Positions 25,719-38,271 of a stretch of 64,000 nt of DNA are shown piece after piece. Origin of the DNA: Podarcis erhardii (Eukaryota); assembly GCA_964252035.1 (NCBI GenBank), contig OZ176211.1; one strand, given 5' to 3'. The position numbers and the translations under genes were made by a program. How positions within the stretch are numbered: position 1 is the first letter of the stretch; the number at the start of each line of letters is the position of its first letter. A model generated the notes under the pieces. The model saw only the letters and a program-made list of their open reading frames with translations. It did not search any database and had not been told where the DNA came from.

Positions 25719-27696
25719 CTATAAAAAGTTAATTACATTTTATTCTTAATGCCTTCTGACAATACAAATAGAATAATTTCAACTATAAAAAGAACATTTC
25801 ATATGTCACATGTATTTTCAATTATTTAAACACAATGTAAGTATCTAACACATTCCTTAGCGCATCACAGCATATAAAGATAAGATTACATATTTTCAAA
25901 GAGCTGTAAACAACTAATATAAATAATGATTTTGCAAAAGTAGAAACAAAACACTTTTAGATTGTACCTAGTTCTTAATTCACATTAAAATTAACAGGCC
26001 TACATGCTTGAAATTGGGAAGAAAATATGCAGATAATTAAACTATAATGGTTTCTCTTCACACCTTTCCATAAGAAAGAATGAATTTTTTGCTTCTTTTC
26101 TTGTTGCTTACATCTAAGACCTGACACTATTACTTTTATATCTTCCTGTGTGGTATCCTAGAATGGTATTTCAGCATAAAGCAGCATATATTTTTAGCTT
26201 TCTTTCAGTAGCTTTTGATAGTATTTCATAGACCAGTAGGGTATTTTTTTCTGACAGTTTTTTCTTTTCAATTTCCAAGGATTCTTGACCCAGATAAGAG
26301 CCTGCCTAATTTCAGGTTCTCTGTGGTTCCCAAGAGAGTCACCAATTTGTGCTTGCCAAAGAAAACAATTTAACCATGTCTGCTACTGTTTCATTGCATA
26401 AATAGCTCAGCTTGAAAATTACTTTGCTATTCAAGAGCTGCCCATATTCTGTCCTGGATTACTTTATACAGAGAATTCCCAGACAGTTTGATACACCAAT
26501 TTCCCAATATGAAAAGCAGCAGAATAGTAGGAATGTTCAAAACGTAATTGCAGCCTTCCACAAGAAATTAGGTCCCAATCTTCACACACACTCTATATCT
26601 GTGTTAACGTCCAAACATGAAGAAGGAAAAAATATCACAGGGGTACACAAAGTACCTGTTAGAAATATCACATATACAACTTATCTAATCTTCATACAAT
26701 GTTATATGGCTCAGCTCTACTTATTCCGTGTATACTCAGTTTCTTCAAACCATGCATGAGGTAATAGATCATGTTTTACATGGCAATGCTGTGAACAGCA
26801 AATATTACGTAAAGCTGAAACAGGTTTGCAAACATTTGGGGCCATGAAAGGAGAAATATTTGATTGTCTACAGCTCTCTGGAACCTGCTCCAGAACTATT
26901 TATAAATATCTGCAAAGCAGAAATGAATTGTAGTGTTTACAGCATACATACTACGCACTGGTATATATGCAACAAACACCCTTGCCAAAAGTCTGAATCA
27001 ACCTATTCCAGCATGCAGAAATGTTATGACACACACACCAAATTCCACAAGAGAGAATGTGTGCACAAGGGACAAGGTTAATATACTCTCAAGGTCAAAC
27101 TAGACATGCCACTGTGCACGTGACTGGCCCTTGTTTACTTTGTTGTCTTTCAAAATCTTTACACCCAATGGCAGCTTTCCTCTGAAGGCAAATGGTAACT
27201 ACTGGGCAAGTCCTACCTGTATTGGAACCATGAGAGGAGCAATGAATTAAATCCCCCTACACACTTATCCCCACATCAACGTGCCAATCAGGCCTCCCTC
27301 AGCAATATTTAACACAGGGAAACCAAACACACAAGTGCCAATCACGTGTACAACATTTAGTGCTGTTCCCCCCCCCCCAAGCCTTTTTCTCTCTCCAAAA
27401 ATGGGGAAATTGAAAGATGTTGGGCTATGACATGTGACAGGCAAACCTTTGATATTTAAAAGTCCATAATAAATATGACGACAAATATGAAGAAGCATAA
27501 ATGGACTGAGATAGCTCAGAAAATGAGATTGATTAAATTTCATGAAGTAGTCATTGAGTCTTGGCTCTGCCTTCTCTCTGCCCCCTCCCCACCCCCTCAC
27601 AGCTCTTTTTATGGCAATGAGTGCATTATGTCTGCTTGACACTATGGAGAACAGAAGGAGACAGAATGGTATTCAATGCTAGTCCTACTTAGATAG

Positions 27697-27775
27697 ACCT
27701 ACTGGAAGTTAAGAGACATGACTAACATAGGTCCCTAAATTTTAATGGGTATACTCTGAGTAGGACTTAGTCAAA
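27697..27775. repeat. Second short palindromic repeat family
   Basis: Arms tagtcctacttagatagacc / gggtatactctgagtaggactta; a half copy is at about 23100-23130. Confidence 0.55.
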
Positions 27776-29559
27776 TATATAGTTTTCTTATTTTTACTAT
27801 AATTATCATGGTTTCTCCTGTTTTTATTGTTTTTTCCATTCTCATAAACTGACAAAACGAAAGGGATGCTAGACTCCTTTCAGTTCAGCAGCTTGGAGCT
27901 CCACTTGTAACAAAAAAAATGAAATGAATTAAAAATGTAAATTCAATTTGCAATGGACCAAATAAATTGTATTTTAATATACCAAACATGATAATCTAAT
28001 GGCAAACCATATTATACAAAATACATGTTATGTTCCTAAAGCAACAAAGTGACATTTGATCTGTAAAAGCGGCTTTAAAAAGTTGATTTTTTTTTTCAAT
28101 TGTCCACAAATTTCCACACCCCTAAAAAAAAAAAGGAAAAAATATTCTCCTGTGGGTTCAGAATTTCCAAAAAAATTATATATCTAGTAAGAGTTGCATC
28201 TACTGCTCCACCCAGTATTCCCTCTTCCCCACCCAGTACTGGAATGCAACATCCAGAAGGTTTTCCATAAGATAATGTGACCTGACCCTCAGGCTGAAAA
28301 AGTCTCCACACTATTGAGATAAAGCCTTAAATGATAAATGTATTCTGGTTGGTGTGCTGTTAATAGGAGGAGGAAAAAAGAGCCCAGGATTGATACATGA
28401 AGTTACACTGAAATACCACTTTGGCTTTAGTTATTTCTGTTGCTATCTGCTGGAAACAATGTCTTTGTGCTCCTAACAACAAAAAAACTGCTGGGAAATT
28501 AATTTTGCTGTATTTCAAGTAGCTAGCTGCCCACAAGAGGTTATGGCAAACTGAAACACTGATTTATGTAGAGCAGATTATACTAAAGTGGAAGTTAGGG
28601 CTATAGCTTTCTTTGGGGTCCCAGAAAGCCACTGGTGTTCATTTTTCAGTTCCCCTTTCCACAGGAACTCATAACCTTTTATAACAGACGTTGGAACTAA
28701 TGCATCCCATCTGCTTTCTGCCACTAGAAATAACGTGTTCTTCTGTTCAGGGTCCTAGAAAGTGACCTGCTGCGTTCCTGGCTAATATTGTTTATGCACA
28801 CTGCTCCATTCAAACAGCTTTTTTTCATGAGCTAATCATTTTTCAGATTTCCTTTCTTCCAAACCCTTAGATACAAACCCCATGACATAACACTTGCTTT
28901 TTCAGGGAATGTTGAAAGCAGCTGGGATCTCTTTGGAGACAGAAATGTCCTCTTAACTGAGCAAGATAAGGATATTACTTCCCACCCCCCTCAAAATTTT
29001 AGCACATTTGCACCAGATAAGAAGTATCCAATATTATTATGTGTTAAAAAAACCTTGGGTTCTGAATAGGCAACAACATTAAGTTCTAACACTACTATGC
29101 GCTTACAGTGGGCAGTTAGCACCCTCTGAATGCATGTTACTTAAGGAACTCACCAAGTATTGTGAGAATTTGCATTACACTGAAGCTCAGTGTATCTGAC
29201 TGCAGACCATAATCCAGTCATCTTGCAAACAGAACTATATCCCTCACTAAGATAACAGCAGACAATTCTGAACAGTTCAGTTGACAAGGGCCTTCCAAGT
29301 ATTATATGCTAGGATAATTTATAGCTTGAATGATGCCATAGGTATGGAAGTCACACTGGGTGACATCCTGATAGCTAGTAAGGCCTAAGGCCTGCCTTTC
29401 CATCTTCAAGGTGGCAACCATAATAGCTGGGGCTGAGAAGAGCCCTTCCTTGCACAGCCAGTGCATCTCTGCAGGAAGTGTTCACAGAAGCTCCATCAAG
29501 AGCCATCAAGAGCCACCAAGAACGTCTTGGCCACCTAGAAATAATCAAAGTAGCATCTA

Positions 29560-30340
29560 ATCGTTCTAACTGTCATAGGGATTACAGAAAACAAAAGGAC
29601 TAAGAATACATTTGAAAGGCATCGTCTGCTTTTTCATAATTCATGTCTGCACCCACATTTGGTCCCTAGTTTGCTTCTTCAGCAGACATGCAAGTCAACA
29701 ACTGGAACCCAAACATAACTGATCAGAAGGAACCTCCAGAGTTAGAGATCGTTCCAAATGGCCTATTTGCTGCCTGCTCAACTACCATCCAAGCACTGTA
29801 GATGCCTCTCAGATACCTGGCTGTTGGAGGAGTCCTGCTTCACTCAACAGAAGGCATGCAAGGGCTTTCCATAGGTAGGACACAGCTTCCAATAAGCTTT
29901 TTCACATGTATTTGTTGATTTGGAAAGACACATTTGTTCTGTCCAACAGGAGAGCAAAGGTTCTGAGAGTCAGACAGACCACTCAGAACTCTAGGAAGCT
30001 GATGCTACAAGATGTCTTACAGTGTGACCACAGCTCCTAGATGAAGAATTATTTGAAGTGTGCTTCCCACATAGGTAGGCTGGCATTGGTTACTTCTGAA
30101 TATACTATGAGTAAGTCTTTGATATGTACACCTTTCCACCATAGTCCACTGGGATATTGACATTTGAGTTCCTGAGTATGCAGATATGTGGGTTCAATCT
30201 TGATGCAATTTGATCTTGAAGATTAGCAGGAATGTCTGAAGAGCTCAGACATGTAGATAGGCCCAAGAAAGTCAGCTGAAATTAAAACCCATCATTTCCA
30301 ACAGTCTGGCTAAGAGTTAAATCTCCTTTGACCAGAGATA
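29560..30340 (-). mobile_element. Decayed DIRS-type (tyrosine-recombinase) retrotransposon fragment: RT-RNase H connector, RNase H and start of methylase-like domain
   Basis: Manual translation gives LARLLEMMGFNFS*LSWAYLHV*ALQTFLL (30200-30300) and SGLWWK...VTNASLPMWEAHFK*FFI*ELWSHCKTSCSISFLEF*VVCLTLRTFALLL (29940-30150). These parallel recalled DIRS1 motifs LLGLM..WARLHMRxLQ, TDASxxGWGAH, QGLWS and HINxLELxAV. Confidence 0.72.
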
Positions 30341-31671
30341 ACAGGTTTTTCCCCCCTCTAAAAGAAAAGAAAAACAATTGGCTTCCAGAAAGAGTTATCA
30401 AAAACATGTGCCTCTGGGGCTTCTGTACAGTAGTCTGCACATGTTAAAGACACAACCAGGTAGTCTTACAAACAGGAATAAAACTTGTACTCTACCATCT
30501 TCAAGTAAGTCTTATTGGTAACTAGGACCAAGGACAGGAAGAAGGAGCTGGAGACAGAACAACTGGCACTGAAGTGCAGAAGGAACAATTGCAAAGTCAA
30601 CGAGGCAGTTAGCAGTCCTCCATAAAATTTATTCATGCAAGGAAATCTTAACAATACAGGCGTGCAGAAATAGTGCGACCCAGCTCCATGCCAAAGCGTG
30701 GAGATCTACGACCTTTCTGAGGTCTTCTGATTTCTTCAATATACTGACAAAAATATAATTCACCTTAAAGAAGTAATTATCCCTCTGGAACTAGCTCGGA
30801 GTCTATTACTCTTCTCTCCAGAAAGTATTGGATAGCATTGGAATAGTGTTGCATCTTTCTTGGGTTGCCTGAGCAAGGGAAAGTAAGGGATGGTCTCTAA
30901 GTATGCCTGAAGGGGGAATAACTTTCTCTCACTGTTTGCAGAACCCACCTACAACATGGCCCTTCAACCACATATCTGAAAGTGTTAAGAAACTAAGGAG
31001 CCTTGAGTCAAGAGGAAGTGTTTCTCCCCAGCTTAGGGCTGATCAGAGTTACTCTTTGGTTTGGGAGAACTTTTGGAGTTTGGTGTTGCTTCTCTCATGG
31101 TCAGTGTTAGAAACTGAGATATGAAAGCTAGGAGCTAAATGGCACCTTAAACCTAGGTTATAGGTGCAACAAAGGAATGTCTAGGTGAACTTTTTTATAA
31201 CAAGAATACAAAGCTGAAAATGAATGAACTGCTGCTAAAATATTATGTTCATTTTTCACATGGTCTAGTCGTTCCCCTGCCCACCCCCCTAATATTCTTA
31301 AGAGAATCTCTTCTCCAGTCTTCAGAGAGTAGCTGGAAGTGGGGAGACAGAAAAAGGTCCTCCTTTCCTTCCACTCTGCAGTTTTAATCTGAAATCTTAG
31401 GCACAGTTCTGCACCCTGAGCTCAGAAACATCTTGCACTAATGACATTCCCTGTCACAAAATGCGCCTAGAACAATGGGAGTTTCGAAAACTGCTCATGG
31501 TATCCCTGAGATGGATGGCAGAAACAAGAGGAATGTCTAGAACAGGAGGGTATCTTGTCCATAAAACAAAAGGAGAATAAGGCAATCACCAAATACTGGA
31601 AAATGAAAGGCAAGACCAGAGTGCATTTCTACTATGTTGGTTTCTGGTTTCTCACTCCCTCTCTCTCATTG

Positions 31672-31898
31672 TTTATTTATTATTGTTATTGTTATTAATA
31701 ATATCCACCCATCTGACTGAGTTGCCCCAGCCACTCTGGGTGGCTTCCAACAAATTAAAACACTAAGCACAGTAAAACATCAAACATTAAAAACTCCCTA
31801 CACCTTCAGATATCTCCTAAAAGTCAGATAGTTGTTTATTTCCTTGACATCTACAGGAAGGCATTCCACGGGGCGCGACTACCGAGAAGGCCCTCTGC
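31672..31898 (-). mobile_element. L2 LINE 3' end
   Basis: (TTTA/TTA)n tail followed by the typical lizard L2 3' sequence (ccagccactctgggtggcttccaaca...gcattccac...gactaccgagaaggccctctgc). Confidence 0.75.
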
Positions 31899-32260
31899 AT
31901 CATTCCCTTTATGCCTGAAGAGCACCACAGTGTCTTCCTATACAAACAGATAGATGACTTGGAATAGATGGAAGGTGCCAACTTCACAAGAAGCTACCTT
32001 CCGAATTCCTGGAAACAGAACTTATCTCAATATTGAACGCCCTTCTCTGTACAATGAATGAAAATAATTTAACAAAAACTATTTGCTTTTAGAAGACCTA
32101 CTAATTTGTTTTATCAGACTATCTTTAGTATTCTTTTTATTTATTGCTTACTATACAACACACCAGTACTTAGGTGGTGTCGAACATGCCCTACTCTCAG
32201 CTTCAATCAGGAAAGAACAGCCACAAATCAGTCCAAGTTTGAAAACAGATGATTCAACAA

Positions 32261-32385
32261 TCAAATTAAAGTTGGGTATCTCAACACTAGCATTATGAAG
32301 CTGAGTTCAATATTAAAATCTCACATTTCAAAGTAGCAGAAGGGTTATGTTGTTTATATTTATTAAGTAATTTATATCAGAATCC
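32261..32385 (+). repeat. About 130-bp direct repeat, copy 1 (copy 2 at 37330-37463)
   Basis: Both copies share tcaaattaaagttgg.tatct..acactagcattatgaagct...tttatatttattaagtaatttatatca.aatcc. Confidence 0.85.
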
Positions 32386-35300
32386 GGCTACAAGCAGATA
32401 TAAGTACTTAATACAATATATTAGCAGTAGTCGGTGACAGCACTTGGGTAACTTAAGTTTGCATTAGTGCTTTTTCTTTTAACTTGCAGAGCCTTAATGA
32501 GATTCAGAAGGAGAAAGCTGCTGACTCAAAAGCTAGCATGTGACATTCCTTACAAGCTTAGGAGATCCCCACTCTAACCCTTAAAAAAATGACGACACTA
32601 TTGCATTGTTAGTTGGCTTTCAACCAAGCAGCTGCCTTCCAGAAATCCTGTTATAAAGCTGACAAAGAATGCTGATGCACAACATTCCTGATCAGCATCC
32701 AGTTGGAACAGATTTCAATCCAATAACTGGTTCTAAATATGCTGAACTAAAAAGCTTTGTTGTGTACAGTGCAGGCTTCCAAACAAAACCGTAAAACAAG
32801 AAAGATTGCAAATACTGGGTGCTTTGTAACAGTTTAAAAGAACCAACTCCCTCACAGCTTTTTAAGTCTCTTATTGATTTATTTAAAGCACACACATACA
32901 AACACAAACAACAACTAATACCCAAATGTTTTTGCAGAGATACTGAGCTTTAAAAAATAAGTGTCTCTGGTATCCATTCTTACTCCAGGGCATCTTGCTG
33001 GAGATCAAAGATGTGCAATTTAAGAGTAGTAGAACAAGCAAAACATAAGGTCAGTTGTTTATGCAGTGATTAAGACCTCTGTGGAAATCTTGCAAGATAT
33101 GCATTGCCAGTTACAGCATGCAACTGGAATTTAAATTAGTGAATCTAATACACAAATAAAAAGTATCCAGCTTCTTAAGAAGTGTAAGATACTATTAGAC
33201 AAGAAACTGATGCAGAAGGAAAAACAACTGTATAATGCAACAATGCGACGGGGCAATTTACAGTAAGTGGACATGACGAAAGCTTGGTATAGCAACAGTT
33301 AGTGATATTGTCAATTTCAAGTGGAGTTCCAACAGGACCACCAAGGTGCAGTCTTATGTTTGGATTCTGTCAGGCCCCTCTGCCCACTGAACCTCTTCTC
33401 TTTATCTTTGCTTAATGCCTCAAAATTTGAACTTTTGTTCTTCTACTATTGTTATTTTGAGATTATGAATGGAAGAGCTCTTTCTATTTGCAGCAGGAAT
33501 AGGAATTCAGAAAATGCTGCCAGGGTGCAGTGCAGGGTAACATTTTCCACTACCCTCTCCTTCCCCCAGCAACCCCTTTCTCATGGTGTTCCAGAATGTC
33601 ACCAAATGGTGCAAACCACAATTTTGAGGAACAAAGGGGATGCAGGGGGAAATGGCAGAAAATGCCACTGGTCCCCCCCCCCCACATCCTAGTGGGAGCT
33701 TCCTACCAAATGAACTCCACCCATAGGTTGTTCCCACCAGCAGAACTTTAGTTAAGATCTAATCCCAAATTATTATTATTTTCATTCTTTTACATGCTAT
33801 TCTGATTTTAATGTAGTATAAATTCTGTTAAAAGAATACAAAACTAAAAATATAACATGGTCTATGATAATTTCCTCGTTCAACGCTAAATAAGCTACAT
33901 GTCATAAACACAGCTTGAAACATAATATTGTAATAATGAAACAATTTTTATAATGTCTTAAAATATGAGAAAAATAGCTTTTCCCAGGGCAAGAAAAAAC
34001 ATGATTTTCCTGGCAAAGCCTACCCCTAATAAATACCATGCAAACCCTACCATTAAGTTGAAAGTAATCTTCATTTTAGGCAAGCATTATCCAGAAGCAA
34101 CTTTTGAAAATAGTTTTAAAGGCTTTATTATTTTTATAGCATATCCTCCAGATTGTTGATAATAGGAGGCTGATATTTTTGTGCAGATAGCAATTTAATG
34201 TTCGGCAGCTCATTTATATTTATTTTTAAATTGGTGTGCTGCCAAACATGGTTCCTTGGATCCCTCGGGCTGGCTAATACCATATCATAAATATAAGAAC
34301 AGTACCAATTTAAAATACAGAAACATAATACAAGGGGGTGGGGAACCTATCTGGCAGGTTCCAGAAACATTTAAGTGTGTGTGCCCTTTCTTTAAGACTT
34401 CACTCCCTCCCCTCAAAGCCTGAAGCAGGAAGGATTTCATCAACTATCTAAAAGTAAAAATTGAGCTAGTCATGTTGTAACAGGACTTTTATGACTTGAA
34501 AAAGCTCCAGTGGATGGCACTGTGCAGATAAAACAGTGGTGAAGATAGGATTTCTTCAAAAACACCACCAAAGAATCTGTGTTCAGCTGAACCTAACTTG
34601 ACCTTTCCTACACCTTTCTACACCTCATCATCCAGTTCCTTCATTGTTCTCAATTGCCTTGAATATCTAGAGCAAGTCTGACCAGGCCTGATGGGAGTTG
34701 GAGTCTGCCAACATCTGGAGGTGCACTGGCTACTCCTGTTCTACAGCCATCATGTCCAATACTCAAGTCGGTTCCAGTGGGTGGTGGAGGACCAATCTTG
34801 GTCTGCCAAGGGGCCAAATTAACCCATGAAGCAATTTGCCCCCAAACATACCCACCTGTCCACCAGCCAGTGTCACTGGGTAACTTCACCTGATGGATAA
34901 GGGACAGGGTAAAATCCTGCTGAGTACTGTGAATCCTGTAGGCAGCAGGACTACACTCTCTGCTCACCAACTGGAGAGCAGGAAATTCAGTCTTGCTGGG
35001 ATTTGCTTTGCCAGCACATTCCCTGCAGGGAATGAGCTCAGGAAGCAGACCGCTTCCCGCCACAGAAATTCCCACCTATCAGTCAACTGACATGTTGTGG
35101 CCCACCCCCCATCAAAGTTGGGCCCCAGGGGTCGGGGGAAGATAAAGATGTGGCCTATTGAGCTAAGTAGTTATCCACCCCTGAGCTAGAGCTTTGACAG
35201 GACAGTCTGCCAAGTGCACCAAAAATGCAGTTTGGAAACCAACTAGATCCATCAACTTTCAGATGAGAACAATCCTTATTAGCCTGCCACCTCTGCAAGA

Positions 35301-36761
35301 CTTGACAGATACTCCCAGAAAGTCAACTTTCCATGACAATGGAGTAGTTGCATCCCCCAAACAGCACCCTCTACCCACTAAGAGAGTACCCTAATTAATA
35401 CACATATTCCATGTCAGTAACCACAAGTTCATGGAAGTTAACACCTTATTCATTGTGGTAATACAACAGCAGAGACAAGGCTGAATTGAAAATTCTTGAA
35501 GTATATGAGCTGCTTTTCCAAACAAAGTAGCATGAAGGCAAGACCAACTTGTTTCTTGATGCATATTTTCATCTCTTACACTAGACTCCTACACAGAATA
35601 AGAGATAGCTTTGCATCAATAATAATCCACGTCCTATTTCAAGAAAATTATGCTAATGAATCATTAGGCAAATTAAAGCTAAGCTAAAGTAAGCAATGCA
35701 GACTTTTGCTTTCTTCTAATAAGCACATTTGGGGCTCTTAGCCAAAATTTAAAAATCATGTGTTACTGATTCCCTCTAAAAAGCATTATAGCAAGAAACC
35801 TGGCTTGTAAGTTAAAATGAGAGTATAAATATGTTTGTATTAGTGCCATGTTTTTATCTTTTATCCTATTTCTGCTTTTTGTAAGCCACCTCAAAAAGTC
35901 TCAAAAAGAGATGGGTCTATAAAATAAAACTTTATCATGGAACCATGGAAAAGGAAAGTAATCACCACGGAAACCCAAATTAAGCCTTCACAAAAATGAA
36001 AAAAATTAAGCACAGATAAGTTTCCATGTATTTTAATACAAACAACCTGCACTGGCTCCAAAGTCTAATTCAAAGTGCTGATGAGCCTAAATGGTGTGGG
36101 TCATGGATACATCTCTTCTTCTACATGAGCCTAGCCACAAGTTTAAAGACCTTCTTCAGGAGCCCTTCTCCATGTGCTCTCTCTATAATGGATGGGTGCA
36201 GGGTTGGGCAAGCTAGTGTGTGCTGTGTAGATATTGCTGGACTACAAATTTTGCCAACCCTGATCATTAGCCATGCTGGCTTGGGGAGAAGGAAACACCA
36301 TTTTAAAGTCAGGTGGTATCATCAAGTAGTTGCTTGTCATATTAAGTGTGCCACTTGAGTTAGCAAACCATAGCCACTGAAGGAATTAAATAACCTTCAC
36401 TGTTCACTTACACTGAATTATTTTTGCATAAAATTAAAGTCTACAATTTATATACAGCCCTCTAGCATGATGCAGTGCTCTCATTCTCCATGTGTAAGAG
36501 GAAGATAAGATTTCTCATATACATGCTGCAAGAATAAATACATTTTACAGTGATGAGCACCTAAATTATTAAATATACAAACCCTGAAATACCTAAGGTT
36601 CAGAGCTCTTTAGAATAACAGAATATTTATATGTGGGGCTCCAAAAATCTTAACCACACAAGCTACGTTCCAATTTTATCAGTTTATGCAACTGAACTGC
36701 AGAAAAAGGAACAAAATCTTTAAATTACTAGAGACTTTTTTTGAAAAGGTAAAAGACTTAC

Positions 36762-36816
36762 CCCCATTATCAGTCCTCTTCAAAGCACCATCCTTATGAG
36801 GGCATAATTCGCATCT
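36762..36816 (-). CDS. MLLT10: MLLT10 exon 4 (55 nt)
   Basis: ttgccttcctgcag|AGA TGC...AAT GGG G|gtaagt; RCELCPHKDGALKRTDNG; phase 0 to 1. Confidence 0.97.
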
Positions 36817-38191
36817 CTGCAGGAAGGCAAACAGTTATTAAAACAAGAAATAAGGTACCGTTCAAATATTTTCTGTAGTTGACCCATTTCCTATTTGTCT
36901 CCTTTCTCATAAATATAGATGCTTTCCTTAAGTTAAAAAACCTCTCTCTAACAGATATCTATGTCTTAAATCACAGCTCAGTATCCAACATTTCACACCC
37001 ATGGTTTCTATTCATCTAAAGCTACTTATGAGAATGGCCATTTCTGGAGCTCAGTTTCTAAATTACAGACAAGTCAAACCTCCAGAGCCTTTAAGTTCTG
37101 TATTTACAGGAACAATGACACAAATAAGACAACCATGTGTGCTTCTGCATACACACACTGCTCCAAGTGACAGTGCTAAAAGCAACACTGTTGTATCAAA
37201 ACCCACAAGATAGATCTGTTCTGCATGAGCCACATAATGTTATGGCCTAAAAGAATCAATACCAACCATTATTGCAAAACTTTATGTTGAAACTGTGATG
37301 TTTAGTACAATACTAACCATATCCAGAATTCAAATTAAAGTTGGTTATCTCCACACTAGCATTATGAAGCTAAGATCAAACAACCAATATTAAATTCAAA
37401 ACATTTGAAAGTAGCAGGAGAGTTATGTCGTTTATATTTATTAAGTAATTTATATCAAAATCCAGTTATATCAAAATCCAGAACTTCAGTTCTCCATAGA
37501 TACTTCTTTTTTACTTCATTGCCAATACAGAATTATAAGAAAGCTTTATCGGTACTTGCAAAAGTATCCTCCAAGACTGGAATTAATAATACCCCAAAGA
37601 AGTTCATGTGTTGAAGATAGAGCATTGCAGGCAGGCTACAGAGCCAACCTGATTTATCTCTCTTTGGTTTACAGTGTATTCTCACAGTGGGGTGGTGGGT
37701 GTCCAAAAATCAGTGAGTAAAACATTTATCAAGATAGCAGAGTACCACACTTCTGGTGGCACAGTGTTTGTGTCTGGCTTCTCTCTCTCTCTCCCCTTGT
37801 TGCAGGGAGTCAATGGGGAAGAAAATGAAGGTTAGCATTCCCTCACAAGATCCTCTGCCATCCTTTCCCCTCACCAGAAAAAGGTTGTGGTGGTGGGAAA
37901 CACAACTATGAAGCATGCAGTACAGTATTTCTGCAACTGTTAGCCTCTGAGCAGCACTGAAAATCCTGCCTGGTTCTCTCTGTACTTCCATATTAAAACT
38001 AGAACATGAAAAAATCCAGGCAAAGGGGAAAAAATGAATTTCTATGGCTTCCAGCGGATATATGCCCACTGTTAACCTGAGAATGAGAAAGCTTCACCCC
38101 CTGCTAAGAATAATACATTTTGAGCAATGCTACCAAGATAAGAACTAGATTAAAACATGCACCCAAGTATTACACACCAATTCAAACTTAC

Positions 38192-38271
38192 CACTCTAGC
38201 TGCTCTTTCCTGAGATTCACATTTTCTACAAAACCAAGGTCCAGTAGGTACTTGTACAATTCCATAGCATG
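38192..38271 (-). CDS. MLLT10: MLLT10 exon 3 (80 nt)
   Basis: ctcttttctcccaaaatag|CA TGC TAT...AGA GTG|gtaagt; (A)CYGIVQVPTGPWFCRKCESQERAARV; phase 1 to 0. Confidence 0.97.

Noticed and set aside
29491-29522. Three tandem 10-mers (ccatcaagag) as a CRISPR-like array
   Set aside because: Eukaryotic locus, no spacers; an ordinary short tandem duplication.
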